Part shown: positions 27,901 to 42,400 of the stretch, piece after piece | Numbering within the stretch: the stretch's first letter is position 1 | Layout: every line of letters begins with the position of its first letter | Assembly (NCBI GenBank): GCA_965153285.1 | Contig: OZ229110.1 | DNA: 64,000 nucleotides | Strand: one strand, 5' to 3' | From: Podarcis tiliguerta | Taxonomy: Eukaryota | Made by a program: the position numbers and the translations under genes | The notes under the pieces: model-generated | Told to the model about the DNA's origin: nothing | Databases searched by the model: none | What the model saw: the letters and a program-made list of their open reading frames with translations, nothing else

Positions 27901-30286
27901 TCAAATACCATCTTTCTGCAGTATGGATTTCTGACACAAAGAGCACTTACAGCTAAAAGTAATGTGAAAGTGACAATAAACACCTGAGTATTGCAAATAA
28001 ACTGAGTATTGCAAGACTCTTAGTAGCAAGGCAATGGCCATCTATTCCTTGGAATTAGTATTGTGTATCTCTTTCCCCCTCATGATTGTTTCAGATACCA
28101 AACCATGTTGAGTGAGAACTTCCCTAACAGGAAATGACATGGCCAAAAAAACCCCTGAGGACCTTCACTATAGCCTGCACGATGGTGCAGTTGTTGTTTT
28201 TATTTTATGTGCATAGTGAAAGAAACACCCTTAAGAGGTGGGTAGTGTCTAGAACCACCCCCCATGTGGTTTAGGCTCTTAGAGTTAGCAGCTGTAATCT
28301 TTCGTTTGGTGGTACACATAAAGTGCAGAAGCACTGGCGATCCCAGGATACGATATGTAGGCACATGTATCTGAAGCTACAGAGGCCTCGGTTTGGTCAT
28401 TGTGTGGCTGGGCCATCACCTGAGAACTACATGTATGCCATCTGGGGTTGCATAACAATAGAAAGGTGGAATATAAATGAAAGGGGGAAATGGTAATAAA
28501 ACAGCGCACACCCCATGAGGTGAGCAGATACAGCATTTTTCCCTGTGAAGTTCGCATGCCATACATAATAAACTGTTAGCCACACCGGTCCAACGGCCCT
28601 ATGCTATGCTTGAAATATCTGAAATCACAGCATTTTAAGCAAATAACCAACATGGCACTTATTTATCAGTATAAGCTGTGATTTGATTATCTTGCTGGGC
28701 TAACTGAAAAGAATGCCTGCGTACTTTCACAAAAAAGGAAAAGGAAAAAGGCCTGGGAAGAAATAAGCAGCACTGTGCCCTAAGGCACGTTTCCCAAACT
28801 TGGGTCTTCAGCTGTTTTTGGACTACAACTCCCATCACCCCTAGCTAGTACGACCAGTGGTCAGGGATGATGGGAACTGTAGTCCAAAAACAGCTGGAGA
28901 CCCAAGTTTGGGAAACCCTGCCCTAAGGTAATGGGTTGCCCAGGCAAAAACCTCTAGAGTGCTTGAGCCTTGCAAGAAATATGGAGGGTTGGTGGGCACA
29001 TTGTCAAACTTTAGAGGCTAAGCATGAATGAGCATCCTGAGATGACTGCAGCTGACAGGTCAGATACGTTAGGCTGGGATGAAAGATGAAAACAGCATCT
29101 GCTTGGCTTTCATCACAGCCCTAAAAAAATATTCAGGAAAACCTGCCAGGCACAGATGACTTTTAGCGTGCTTCCTACCCTAAGCAAAGCTCTCTTGATC
29201 TTGGTCTCTGCCTTCTATTCAGAGAAGGAAGCTGCAAGTCTGCTGAGCCACAGCAGCCGCCAGCCCACCAAGCCTGGGAGCTGTGGAAGAACTTGCTGGA
29301 TCCCTTCACAAGCTTGTCTCCATGTTGATGAGTCTTGAAGTACCAGTACCCACTGAACTAGGAGCTGTCTCCACAGAGGCAGCAGGCAGAGGTATTTTGC
29401 AGTGATGTGGGCGGAGGAGAGACAAAGGGAGGAAAGTCTGGTCTTATTTACTACTTGCGTTCACAGCCCCCGCTCCTTGCAATTTGGTTACTGAAACATC
29501 CCAGCAGTTCATTTGGCTAAATGCCTAATGTGTGATTCACACTTTGTCGTATGTGCTGAATACTTTCTAACACTTGGAACAGTTGCAGTTTTCTGAAACT
29601 TCAGTTGATCACAACATTATCCAATGACAAACTTGTGTGCGTGCATTAGAAGTCAAGGAGATGTTTTTTCCCCAATTCAGAGGGGATCATATTTATATAA
29701 AGTCATAGTCAAGATGGTCTTTGAGCAACAGAGGCATCTAAAGTGAGTTGAGAAAGATGTGCCTCTGGAATGTGGAATATCACTGAACTCAAAGCACACA
29801 GCTTTCTCAAATTTAGCAAAATTCAATTAGCAGAAATATACTGTTGAATTCAGGGAGCTGGCCTTCCCCCTACAGACATGTGCAACACCACGGAACTGTA
29901 GTTTTCTTTTTCTTTTTAGTCAAGGTGACTACATTCTTCAGGAAATCATTTGATGAAAATGAAAAAAAAATCTAATTACGAAAAATGTTATATCACCATG
30001 AAACAACTTATAAAGTCATTCACAATAGAATCCTAATATTACACTGCTACTGTGAGACTCAATAATATAATGAATCCTTATGAATGAGAGTTCTAAATGT
30101 GAAAGTATTAACTGCCTGAGGGTCCAAAATAATCTTTAAAACAAACTATTGGAGCTAAGAGTACTAAAGATTAATTTATCCACTCTTGCAGAAGACATTC
30201 AAAGAAATTTCTCAGAACAACTGTGGATTGCCAGATGTACTGAACAACTTATATTGCCAATGTGGCAATATATGGCAATATAAGCT

Positions 30287-30354
<68 letters not shown>

Positions 30355-33053
30355 TGGAGGATGCACTTACCCAGACACATTTTTTAAAAGCCCTCACAAA
30401 AAACGATTTTGGAGGACTACGTTTTTCCATCTCAAGCTGAATTTCAATGTACCTTGAAGTAGTAAAATGTCCCCAAACCAAACCAAATATTCTGCCCAGG
30501 ACCAGTTGTTGTTTGAAAAATGCCATGAGGCAGGACTACTCTGCAGGTGACAAAATAAATTCTGTAACAAAAAGTCTATTGGAGTGTGTGTGTGTGTGTG
30601 TAGCTGCAACCCCAAATGCCTGCATGAAGGTTCTAAGGCTCCTGTCCTAGACACATTGACCACAGTAGGTCTCACATAAATAAATGTGACATTATTCTGA
30701 ACAGACATGCCAAGGTTCAAGCAACTAGATACCTTTTCAACTAAGTTATTTCAAAGTAAAACCTCTTCTTGCACACAGAAACATTTCACCTGACTAAATG
30801 CCATTTATTTCCTGTCTATTGAAACTTTACCTGTGACAAGTTCTCTTACTTCTGCATCAATGGATTTTCTTAGCAATCGTAAAAGTGCAGGGATCCCTCC
30901 GACGTTTTTCATTGCTATTTTATTTTCATCTGTCGACTTTCCGTACACCAGATTCCGCAATGCACCGCAAGCGTTTTTTTGAACTTCAATGACTCTGTGG
31001 TCCAACAGGTCAACCAGATGTTTGATTCCTCCTAACCTACATACCTAGAAAATATGTGGAACGGATTCCATTAATACACAAAGAGAGCAGATTCTGAGGG
31101 TGTGCGGTGGGCTTCAGGGGAGAGGAAAGGATAAGGTTCTGTTGTGCAGGAGAGAGTCTGGTGGGCTAGCAGAAGTGTTGGATATGACCCTTAGGTTCTT
31201 AAAATATAGAATACAATTGACTACAGGAAAAATGTGATCAAAGTGATAGATCTACTCAGTAACAATGGAAAACATAGCTACTCTGTGAAGACAACAATAA
31301 GGTGACCAGTAATACAGGAAAGCACACTCCCCAAAATTCAAGTCATAAAGCACTGTTCCCCTCCGTTTCACATATGCAAAGTTTATTGGAAAACATAATA
31401 AATATTCAGGTAGTGATTTTTCTGCTAATTGCTTGTTAGACAGAAACATTGTTTTTTAAATAGCTGCAGAATAAAATGATTTTTAAGAAGCCATTAGCTA
31501 GGCCTTATGTTATAATTTCTCCTCCTTCTCCAAGATCCCAGGGTGGTTTACAACAATTGAAACATAACGTCTCTGTCAAAAAGGGCCCCCCACCTCCAAG
31601 ACATGAGAACTTGGGTCACAATTACACCTTTGTATTTTCAGGATTCAGCTTCTGTTTATTGTCCCACATATCCAGATATTTACTCAGAATTAAATCCTGC
31701 TGAGTTCAAAGGGCCTTGCTTCCAAGCAAGTGTGCACAGAAATAAAAATTTAAAGGAAGCTGTCAAAAAGATGACCCAGCATTTTCACTGTCAGCACAGT
31801 AAAACCCTAGAAGCATGAACCTGCGTTTGCAGTGTAAGTTTATCAATAGGTACCAATTTGACGGAAACTTCAAAATTTAAAACCGCTCTACAATGTTCTT
31901 CACTGAAGGTTTTCCAATAAGGCATCTATAGCGTACCTCGGTTTTTATTTTGTTATCTCCAAAACACAGGTGCTGTAGGTAGGCTGCAGCGTTGGCTTGA
32001 ACCGATGGGAACTGATGCTGAAGCATGTGGATGACCTCAGGTAATTCTGGATCCCGCCATGCAAATTCTCTTCATTGGATAAGCAGAGTTCAAAGGAAAG
32101 TGTGAATTCATGTGTGTTATATATAACATTTTCAGCCTGCAAGGAGTTAACCCAGTCCACCCGCTGACAACATTTTACAAAGATTTGTGTATAACTAAAT
32201 TTCCAATGGTGAACTAAACACAGTCTCAAAGATTAGCAATGGAAGGTCTAAGTAACAGGAATCGATTTAGAATTATTTCGCTATGGCAACTCTGGGCAAT
32301 TCGTTACAAGTATGAGGTATGCTTGCCTGGGATCTTTCTGGATGCTGTCTATGGATGGAGATCTTGTGGTACCATCATCAGCAGGAGGCGCATGCTGCTG
32401 CATCCTGTTGTAGCTGGACTCAGAGAGCCGATAATGAAGCGACCTGTAGGGTTCTGCGTAGGTAGCTGTTGTGTTCAGAGCATAATTATTTCTTTGGTAT
32501 GTAAGAGTGCTACGCTGACTGGATGACCTTTGTAGATTTCCAACACCTGGAACATAAAACAAAAATACAAGATTGTTGTTGTGTGTCCGTATGTGTTGCT
32601 GTGTGTCTGTATGATGATCGTCTTCCAAAGGAACTACTCTATTCCAAACTTAAAAATGGGATGCACAATGCTGGTGGTCAGCAAAAAGAGGTTTAAAGAC
32701 TGCCTCAAGGCAAATCTAAAAAAATGTAGTATGAACACTGACAACTGGGAAACACTGGCCTGCGAGTGCTCCAGTTGGAGAACAGCCTTTACCAAAGGTG
32801 TAATGGGCTTTGAAGACACTAGAACTCAGGACGCAAGGGAGAAACGTGCTAAGAGGAAGGCACGCTTGGCAATTCCACACCATGATCAACTCCCACCAGG
32901 AAACCAATGTCCCCACTGTGGAAGGACGTGTGGATCCAGAATTGGCCTCCACAGTCACTTACGAACTCATTGTTAAAACCGTGTTTATGGAAAACAATCT
33001 TACTCGGCTACGAATGATCGCCAGAGAAGAAGTATGCAGACAGACAGACACAC

Positions 33054-33096
<43 letters not shown>

Positions 33097-36000
33097 CAGA
33101 GATTTATTATCTGATCTCCTTCCTTCTGAAACTCAACAAAACCTTTTGGAAGCAATGGAATATGCTTTTCTTTAAGCTGGCATGGTGAGGGACAGATGGA
33201 CTGGGGTTTAGATTGGCTTGGATCTAAGATACCATTACTTAAGGAAGTTCAAAGAAGTGAAGCTGCACATAGCTTCTTCCATAATGGCAGCCACCTGTGC
33301 CCTTTAAGAGTCTATATCTTGGGGGTGGGATGCGGCACACAAGACTTCTAAGAGTCCCATTTTGGGCTTAAGTCATTTGGGCTAGTTCCCCTCCCCGCAG
33401 CAGCTAGCCATGTCCCATTGCATACTGTCTATTGGGGGGGGGGGCTACCCTCCAGAGAGGCCTTTTAAGCAGCGCAAGTGGCCGCAGGGGCAAAGAGGGA
33501 CTGGGGAATTTTCCCTTCCTTGAATTAAGTTAGCTAGGATCCAAACCCTAGTTTTTTAATTTTAGCAATTTCACTGTACGTTACTTTAATAGCTTAATTT
33601 GAATGCTGATGGAATTTGGCCATGATTTGAATGGTGATGGGATTTTCAATTTCTTATTTCAATGCGTTATTACTCAATTCTGAACTGATGGGGTCAGTTA
33701 TAAATGTGACAAATAATATAGAGCAGCTAAATGGATCGCACATTTAAAAGAATTTTTTTAAAATATTGTTTTTAATGCTTTTTTAATGCTGCCAAAACGA
33801 AGGATCTTGAAAATTAATAGTCCTGTAACCTCCTCTAAGGGAGGGTAGGCCGAATTGGATGGTATGTGACGTTCTAGGTTATTTTTAAAAGATTGCCTAT
33901 AGCAGAGGTAAGTCTTATGGCCCCTTTACAGTGGCAGGTGGTGTGTGTGCTGATTGTTCCCTCTATGACTGCAACATTCCCTTCTAGCCAGATGCTCCTT
34001 CAAGCATCTGTGCACTTCTGAACCTACCCAACTTCCTTCCAGATAGAGAAGGCAGGAAGATATCTGTGTCCTTTAGCATACCCCCCCCCCAACCAAATCT
34101 GTGGAGGAAGGAAAGTTTATGAACAGGGGTTTCCTTTTTCTAAACTTTATGGTTACACGCTGTCATATTATTTCAGTATTATTCTCCAGCGAACACTGGG
34201 TGATAAATTAGTTCCCCATACTCTTGTAGCCAATTTAGATTTGGGGACAACAGGGATTTCACACTTACCAGATCCAGTTCGATACAACGCTGTTTGGGAT
34301 CCTTGGGGCACATCAGCGGTTCCATGATTTGGACTGTGGTACACTGGACTGTAATAAGTTCTACCTTCATATATAGGGGTGATGTGCAGATCAGGAGACA
34401 CCGTTGAACGCAGCTCTTGACCAAGTTGGCTGTGCTGACTAGCATATGAACTCCTCAAGCCTAGACGGAAAAGGGAAATGTGAGTATGTGGCAATTGCAA
34501 TCTTCACAAACAAATCCCCAGTTTCATATTGCAATCTTTTAGGCTCCAACTACGCACGTGAGTCTCCCACACATATGCATATCTCATCTTCTAATCACAG
34601 CCTAAAATCCTATCAAGGAAGAAATTAATATATATGTTAATCTGTATTTCAAAACAGATCTCTTCAGAGATAGGTGGCACCTATATCTTTTGCCGTTCTC
34701 CCTGTCCTGTGCAAGAGCAAGGGGGGGGGGGAGAGTAGGCAGGCACAGGGTTATTGGTTTGTGTTTTGTTTTCACAAAGATCATCCCTTCGACTTTTGAG
34801 CGCATTGGTCCCTCTGGCCTTTACCAGAACTGCCAGATGGCTAGTTCAGGCCTGGTCTCACCTGTTGCTAACAAGGCCTCCAACGAAATTATTTTGTGCA
34901 TAAGAAAGTGAGTGGGGAAAATCAAAATGTGCTTAAAGATGCCTTTGTAAGTCTTACAATAATTTCACTCCAGGCCCACTCAGTCACATGTTTTTGAGCA
35001 GAGCATCCACGTTTCCTGTTCCGTTTTTATGCATGATGTAGGATCTTATCTTCCTCTTTCAGTTATCCTATCTTTTATTTTCCATCTAAAGTGAAAAATT
35101 CCAATTTAAACCTCTCCTTGTAGCTTATCTACAAGCCTAATGATTTTTGTACTCTTATTTCTTGCCTTTTACCAGCTCTATAGTTTCTTTGTTAAAAAGT
35201 GGCAGCTAGAACTGCACACATTGTTCAAGGTGACAGAAGATTATGGTATTTTAAAGCCTCTGTGCTATAGTTTGTATAATGGCAACAACCATTTTAAAAA
35301 CATGCGACAATGGAAGAAAATTTGCAGAAGGCCTTGGTCTCTTACACCTTATTTACTGTGCTCTGGGGAATGTTGTGGATGCTGCAAAAGTTTTGGGTCA
35401 GGCCCATAATGGTCATTTTGTACCACCCATGAACAATGGAAAAGCCATAATAGTCTTGATTTTTTATTTCATTTAATGTAGACCCACATAGATTCATCTG
35501 GCAAGAGCACAGTCTGTCAGTCAGCTGCCAATTATTTAAACTGCAAGGGGGTTGTACTAGCTTAGCCTCCAGCAACAAAATCTTCCTTTCTTTAACGTGT
35601 GATGAAACAATCTACCTTGCAGCTTAAGCGACCCTATGGTGTAGGAGGAACTGAACTAAGGGGACATGTGCCTTTTAAAAATGAGGATTTAGTGGGGATG
35701 TCCAGTGATACAAGTATTCTGTCAGTGCATGTTTCACGAAATATCAGCACTTGTACAACATATCAACCCTATGACATAAGAACCTGCTTTGCTGTCCATC
35801 TGGTATGAGGCTATGCAAAACCTTATTTTTAAGGATTTCATTCTTTCTATTATAAAATACAAAGCTGCACTGGCTCTTAAAAATCACAACAGTCATTATA
35901 GCGAAGAATCTATTCTAGTTAAATATGCTATACAGTGGTACCTCGGGTTGCAAACACTTCGGGTTACAGACTCCGCTAACCCGGAAGTAGTACCTTGGGT

Positions 36001-36341
36001 TAATAACTTTGCCTCAGGATGAGAACAGAAATCGCGTGCTGGTGGTGCGGTGGCAGCGGGAGGCCCCATTAGCTAAAGTGGTACCTCAGGTTTCAGGTTA
36101 AGAATGGACCTCCAGAACGAATTAAGTTCATAACCAGACGTACCACTGTACTGTAAGAGGTTTTTTTTTAAAAAAAACTAAGGCAATGTGTGAGAAGACA
36201 ACCTGATTGAGCTACTAACCATGATATTTGCAAATGTCAATATTTGTTCTTTGCTGAATCGTATTGTGGTAACAACTAGTTCAGATGTGTTGTTAAACCT
36301 TCAGCCTTCCATCTGTTGGTCCTATTAAGTAATACAATGAT

Positions 36342-36404
<63 letters not shown>

Positions 36405-39400
36405 CATTTGCTCCTGGTTTTGTCAGGACTCATTTAAACACCAGTGCAATGTCATAAAAACATCATATGCCAGATTCACAAGTCATTACGCTGGTGCAAG
36501 GGTTTAGGACTACAGTGGCAACCACTGAGGTTATGGATATTGTGTGAAGATTAACAGTATTAAGAAATGGAATCTAGCAAAATCTTTCTAAGAATAATTT
36601 AAAAGGCTTTGTGTTTTGAAAGCCTTGAAAAATTATACTACTACATCTTCACTATGAAATAACTAGAAGATTCAGGACTGTGATATCAAAAGACTGATTA
36701 AGAAGTCATTCATATTTAGCTGCTTGGCACAGCATTCTTAAACATATTAAGTCAAGGCTTTCAGCAACCTTTCAAGTAGATTGGCATCTAAATATTTGCT
36801 GTTAAGGCACTTTTAATCAGGGCATTAGGACTTTGCTATATGAGTAATATACAGGCAGCATTGTTCTACTTCAAAATCATTGGCACAATGCATGAGGCCT
36901 TTTTTCATATTTTGAAATGCACTAGCTACATTTGACAAAAGTGAGAACTAAATTTCAAGCAAGCAGTCGTTGCTTGCACTTCCTGTCATTAAACAAAGTG
37001 TGTTTCTCTTGCTTGCTTCCTATTTTTTTCCCATATTTTATGTGGTCAGTCACAGATTACGTGGTATATGAAAACCTGATACCTATACTGAGGTCTGCCT
37101 CTGGATTGTTTAATGATTCATTGCTTGTGTGCCCAGAAGTAATAAGGAAATACAAATCCCTTCAAGTATTGCACAGAGGGAGTCAGGAACACATAAACTG
37201 CAGTTAATTATGCAGTGCATATCAACAGTATAGGTAGTTTTCATATATTTCAGGCCCGATACCTGCTTTTTTCAAATGCAAGATCATTTTTGATAGGGAT
37301 ATTCATGGCACTGTTTGTCTCCAAGTTGAATAGAGGTAGGTTAAATTCATTCATATGGGAACAAATTTTAAAATGAAAGAATGGCAATCCATGGTGGTAT
37401 TTTATTTGTACTTATTATTTATAGGTCACAATCTAATGCAAGTTGTACATGTTTAGACCCCTGCAGGCTAAACAAAGTGGTGAATACTTCCTAAATCCCC
37501 ACCCAACGATCTGCATGTGCTCAGATACGCATAATGCACTTGTACATCCTGTCTTCATCAGTCATCTGGGTGGAGTGGCCGAATGTGCGCACCCACTCCT
37601 ATGGGGATGAAGTGGATCCCTCCATCCAAATGAAGATCTTGCAGGCAGCTGAAATTATCGTGTATACAGTAGAGCACTTGTGCCCATAAGCAATCATTTT
37701 ATTAAGGCATTAAGCATATTTTTTCTGTGCATTTAAAAACTGTGTGTAGAAAAAACGGAATAACTGAAGCTCATTGTTTTCATCTGAACAATGTCCCTCC
37801 CCCTCTCACACACAAACCAAGCTCATGGCAATCAACTGAATGCAAGCAACCTTATTCTGGGTTCTCCAACCTCTCGCATTGCCAGCAAAAGCAAACAAAG
37901 AACCTACCCGCCTGACGCTGACACAAAACTCTGCACATACACCATGCAAAAGAATGAAAGATCATTATACCCCCTTCTTTCTTCCCCCCTCTCCACACTT
38001 TGCTCTCCCCCACAACTTCAAAATGCCTATGACAAAAGCGTTTCACACCAAATGTAGCTGACCTGTAGAAAGGACTCTATGAATTGAAAACAGAGACCCT
38101 ATAGGTTCATTTGTTTATCCATGAAAATCTTTCAACAGAAACAAATTAAAAATAAAATAAAACTGCTAAGCCTCCACAGTATAACATTTCATTCTTTGTG
38201 ATGAGAAATGAAGCGATTAATTCCGAAAATATCTGCTGAAACAAGTCTGTGGAACTACAAACACATTCAAAGCAGCAACTTCAGTCTTCCTTTCAGTGAA
38301 ATCAATAAGCTTTTCAGCGACACCTAACATCCGATTCCTACCCTTTGAAAAAATACCCCGGTTTAAAATGCAGTCATAAAATCCTGCATTGTGTTGTTGG
38401 TCCTGTGCAGATTCCTCATGTGCAGGCACTGTGCCTATAACAGCATTTCAAGCATCAGTAATGGCATATTACAGCTCCTCTTGCCAACAGTGCAATTCAT
38501 TGTATTTACAGGTTCGCGCAAAGTTTTAAGTTGTGTCTTTACCTTTTTACTAACCTGTAAGGCTATCTGGACGGGGTGGGACCATTTTTTCATATATATC
38601 GTACTGCTGTGCGTATTGCTCGATATCATGAAGTGTCCGTTGTAACGTGGTCCCCAGATGTTGTGGAACGGCGGTCATCCCAGAACGTTTTGGCGATGAA
38701 GATCCAACTTGGGTTTGGGGTGGAGAGGCCACTCTTGTCTGTGTGTCATTGAGCGTAAGAGGTGACCCAACTCTGACAGCGGGCTGGTACTGGGGAGTTC
38801 CTCCATTTGGGTTGGTTGACTGCCTGGATGTGACCGAGCCAACTCTGCGCACTGCGATAGGCGAAGCTGGCCTCTGTGTGGTAAACGGAGATGCTGCTCG
38901 TTGTACAGGCAATGTTGTAGATGAAAACACATTAGAATTAAGAGATCGCGACTCAGTAACGGATGGTGAGCCATAGCCACTCCCTAAGGAAGTTCTGAGT
39001 GATCCCCTTGAAGGAGAAATGCCTGCGGTGGTCACATATGAGGGAGACTGGGCCCTCGATGGAACAGAACTTACGCGTCTCATGGCTCGGTTGGCAGCTA
39101 TGTTTGAGGATGCCTGTTCAAAAGGAACCACGTATCATTTGGATGCACAAAGCCATCAGCCAGTGTAAAAGATGCAACATTTTCGCTTGAAAATTCCTTT
39201 ATGGGCGCATTTGCACTAGAGTTCAGTCCCTTTGGTTTTAAAACGGAGAGTTAAGCTCGTGTTTTAAAGGTTTCAATTCTCTACACATTTATCTGGGAGT
39301 AAGACTCGTTGAACAGATATGCACAGAATTGCACTTCTCAGTCTCTGCACTGAAATCAGCAGGACTTTAAATGCTTAATGTTTTCTGGATTGCGCCTAAA

Positions 39401-42400
39401 ATGTTTCAAATTAAGTTTATTTATTGTAACTTCAGTCAAGGATGCATTCTTAACGAACAACGAGAATCCTGTTTGGCATCCGCAGCCAAGCAAAACTATT
39501 AATTTCCAGAGTTCCTTGAGAGGGGCCAAAAGAGTAACATCCTTTGGATTGGGCTTAAATGTTGTGGTACAGATGTAGCTTTAATCTTAATGTTCCACTT
39601 TCCTTTCTTTCTTTTTTTTTGCAGCAAATGTGTCACCAAAATCCTATAGAACTATTTTCTCCATTTAGTCTTTGCCCTTTTCATGTCTTATTAATAAGCC
39701 TAATAAATAAGTTACCATTAATACTGCACAGCCCAATGTCATTCTACAAAAGCTGGAATTAGGCTGAACAAAGTCTTGGGCTTCCATGCCCTCCCATTCT
39801 CTCCTCCTGTGTAACTGAGAGAATGTTGCGAGCATTTAGTTCACCTTTCTAAAAATCCCGGCGTATGAACCAGTAATGACATGTAATGGCAACTAAGGAT
39901 TCCTGGAAAGTGGAACTAAATACTGGTGACCCGTCCCTCAACCACAAATGTTTAGAAGGGAAGTATGACCTTGAAGCTTTGCTCCATTATTTAGTGTTAT
40001 ATTGTCTTATGCCATTTATGGAAGCGCTGTTTGCTTTTAATTGGAATTTTCTTTTACTCCCCTCCCCCACTGTTTTGATGAGATCCTTGGAAGATAAAGG
40101 TGATATAGAAATGAAACGAAATGAAATAGTGTTTTATTTATTCTTATATAATTTTAAGCCAGTCAGAGAACTGTTGTGGTTGAAGATGTAGAATACAAAT
40201 GATTTATCAAGGTAAGTAAATTATTGTATTGGGTATTACATTCATATTTATATTACTTTTACACCATATCTATATTAGTATATTTATTTATTTATTTCAC
40301 CAGATTTTCTTGAATACATTTTTGGAGCTACATGTACCTGAACCAAAGCCTGTCCTTCAGCCCTTGAGCTTCTCACCAAATGGTTATTATTTGCTCCGAT
40401 AAAGGAATGTTGCTGTCTGTTCTCTCCCTTTATCAGGTTCTGGCTGTTGTGAAAACTGCTTACTTCCTGGTATCCACTGTCAGAATAAGAATTCATTTGT
40501 GTCGAACTCCTAGAGTTACCCACTGATCCTAAAGATAAAAAGCACAACGAAGCTGAAGTTATTACACAGTTATGAATAAAAACAAGACCAGATTGATAAA
40601 TCTCAGTTTATTTAAAATGTATATAACAGACCCTCACTTTCATGGAGCGATGTTTGCTCTGGGGAGTAGAGATTCCCTTGTTCTGGCTCTGTTCCAACAT
40701 GATAAGACGCAATATGAACACTCTCAGATGCTCTGAGTTTATTTACACCTGTGTTTGGCAAATCTGAAAGCAGAGTTTTGTTAGTCAATAATAATATCTA
40801 CATCTATACGCATCTGCAACCTGGTACAGCTTCACCATTTCTGCTCAGTTCTATTCTACATACCATCTGCAGAGCAATTTTAGACAATTGTGCAAGAGCA
40901 ATAGCTTTGTATATGAACATTCAATTCTGAGAAAGACATAAAAGAAAAGACCATTTGTGGAGGTGGTGTTTTCTTGTCAGTTTTGAAAGCTCAACAGTAC
41001 ACACTTCCAAAGGAGGAAAATTCTGAAGCTGTTAACTGAAGAACATATTGTCAGCTGTGATATTCATTCTTGAACTTTAAGCATAAAACAAATATACTTA
41101 AAAAAAATCTGTGGCTTGAAAGACAAAGCAAGATTGAAAAGATACCAGAAGGGATCAAATTTACATTCAGGAACTGATTCCTATATGAATTAGCCTATCT
41201 TGCTGCCAAATCGCATCCAGTAACTTAGGAACATAGGAAGCTGTCCTATAAGGACTCAGACCATTGGTTCATTTGGTTTAGTACTGTCTTCCCTGATGAA
41301 ACACCAGCTCTCCAGAAATTTAGGCAGAGGTTTCTCCCAGCCCTGAATGGAGATCCTGAATGGAGATGCTGGAGAATCTGAGACATTCTGTAGGCATGGC
41401 TGATGCACGAGGCTATACAGCCCTTAATTTCTTTTACAGTCGTACCTTGGTTCTCGAACAGAATGCATTCCGGGAATCCGTTCGACTCCTGGAACCAGTT
41501 GAAAACCAAGGCGCAGCTTCCGATTAGCTGCAGGAGCATTCTGCAGCCAGACAGAAGCCGCGGAAGCTGTGCCAGATTTTCGGCTTCTGAAAATTGTTAA
41601 AAAAGCGGAACACTCACTTCCGGGTTTCAATCGTTTGGGAGCTGATTTGTTCGGGAGCCAAGACATTTGAGATCCAAGGTACAGCTGTAATTTACTTAAA
41701 GGGTTTCAGGGTGAATTGCCTTTTCAAGCCAGGCCTTTTCAAAACAGAATTTGCGCAGTTCTTTTAAACAAAAGTGTGCCACGACTGAGGAACATGAAAC
41801 CACTGAGAAATCCTTCCTACTTGCTACATCTTCACATGAGGGCTTCTCTTCACTTTATTTCCACAGTTGATGGATGATGTAGGGAATCTGAGATGGGGCA
41901 GCTGCGACTCAGAAATTTAATATTAAATTTGCAGCTTGGCAAGAAGGACAAGATTCTCAAACTTCCACTTATGGTTTAAATATTCACTGGGCAGCCTTGG
42001 GCCAGTCATGGTCTCTCAACCTAACCTGCCATACAAGGTTGTTGTGATTATTAAACGAGGTGAATACATATATGCATACAACTGGGAGGCAGAAGTTCTT
42101 GCTGGTCTACTGCAAATAACCGTGATCTTCCAACAGATCCCAACATGCTTCCTGCCTATCTCTGAACTAAAGAAATAATAGCTTTTCAGTTCCTTAAAAA
42201 CCTAATTCTGAAGGTAATTTATCAGGGCTGTAGGAAGAAACCAAGAACTGGAAGCCTTCCAGGTCTCTTACATGAAAGGCATTTGAAGACTTCTGCACCA
42301 GGGAGCCATGAAAATGAATGAGAATGGAGTTAAAGTGGATTAGAGTTTTGGGGTGGGCTTCTTTGTTGTTGCTAGAGAGTTCCCATAATTGCACAGCTTG

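Noticed and set aside
27984-28014. Direct repeat CTGAGTATTGCAA x2
   Set aside because: An ordinary short slippage duplication.
32581-32976. Stand-alone zinc-finger gene
   Set aside because: It is the C-terminus of a truncated RTE LINE ORF with a frameshifted 5' part.
38647-38976. Antisense 109-aa ORF over exon ~7 (similarly 12234..12596)
   Set aside because: Shadow ORFs on the opposite strand of real coding exons; no independent support.
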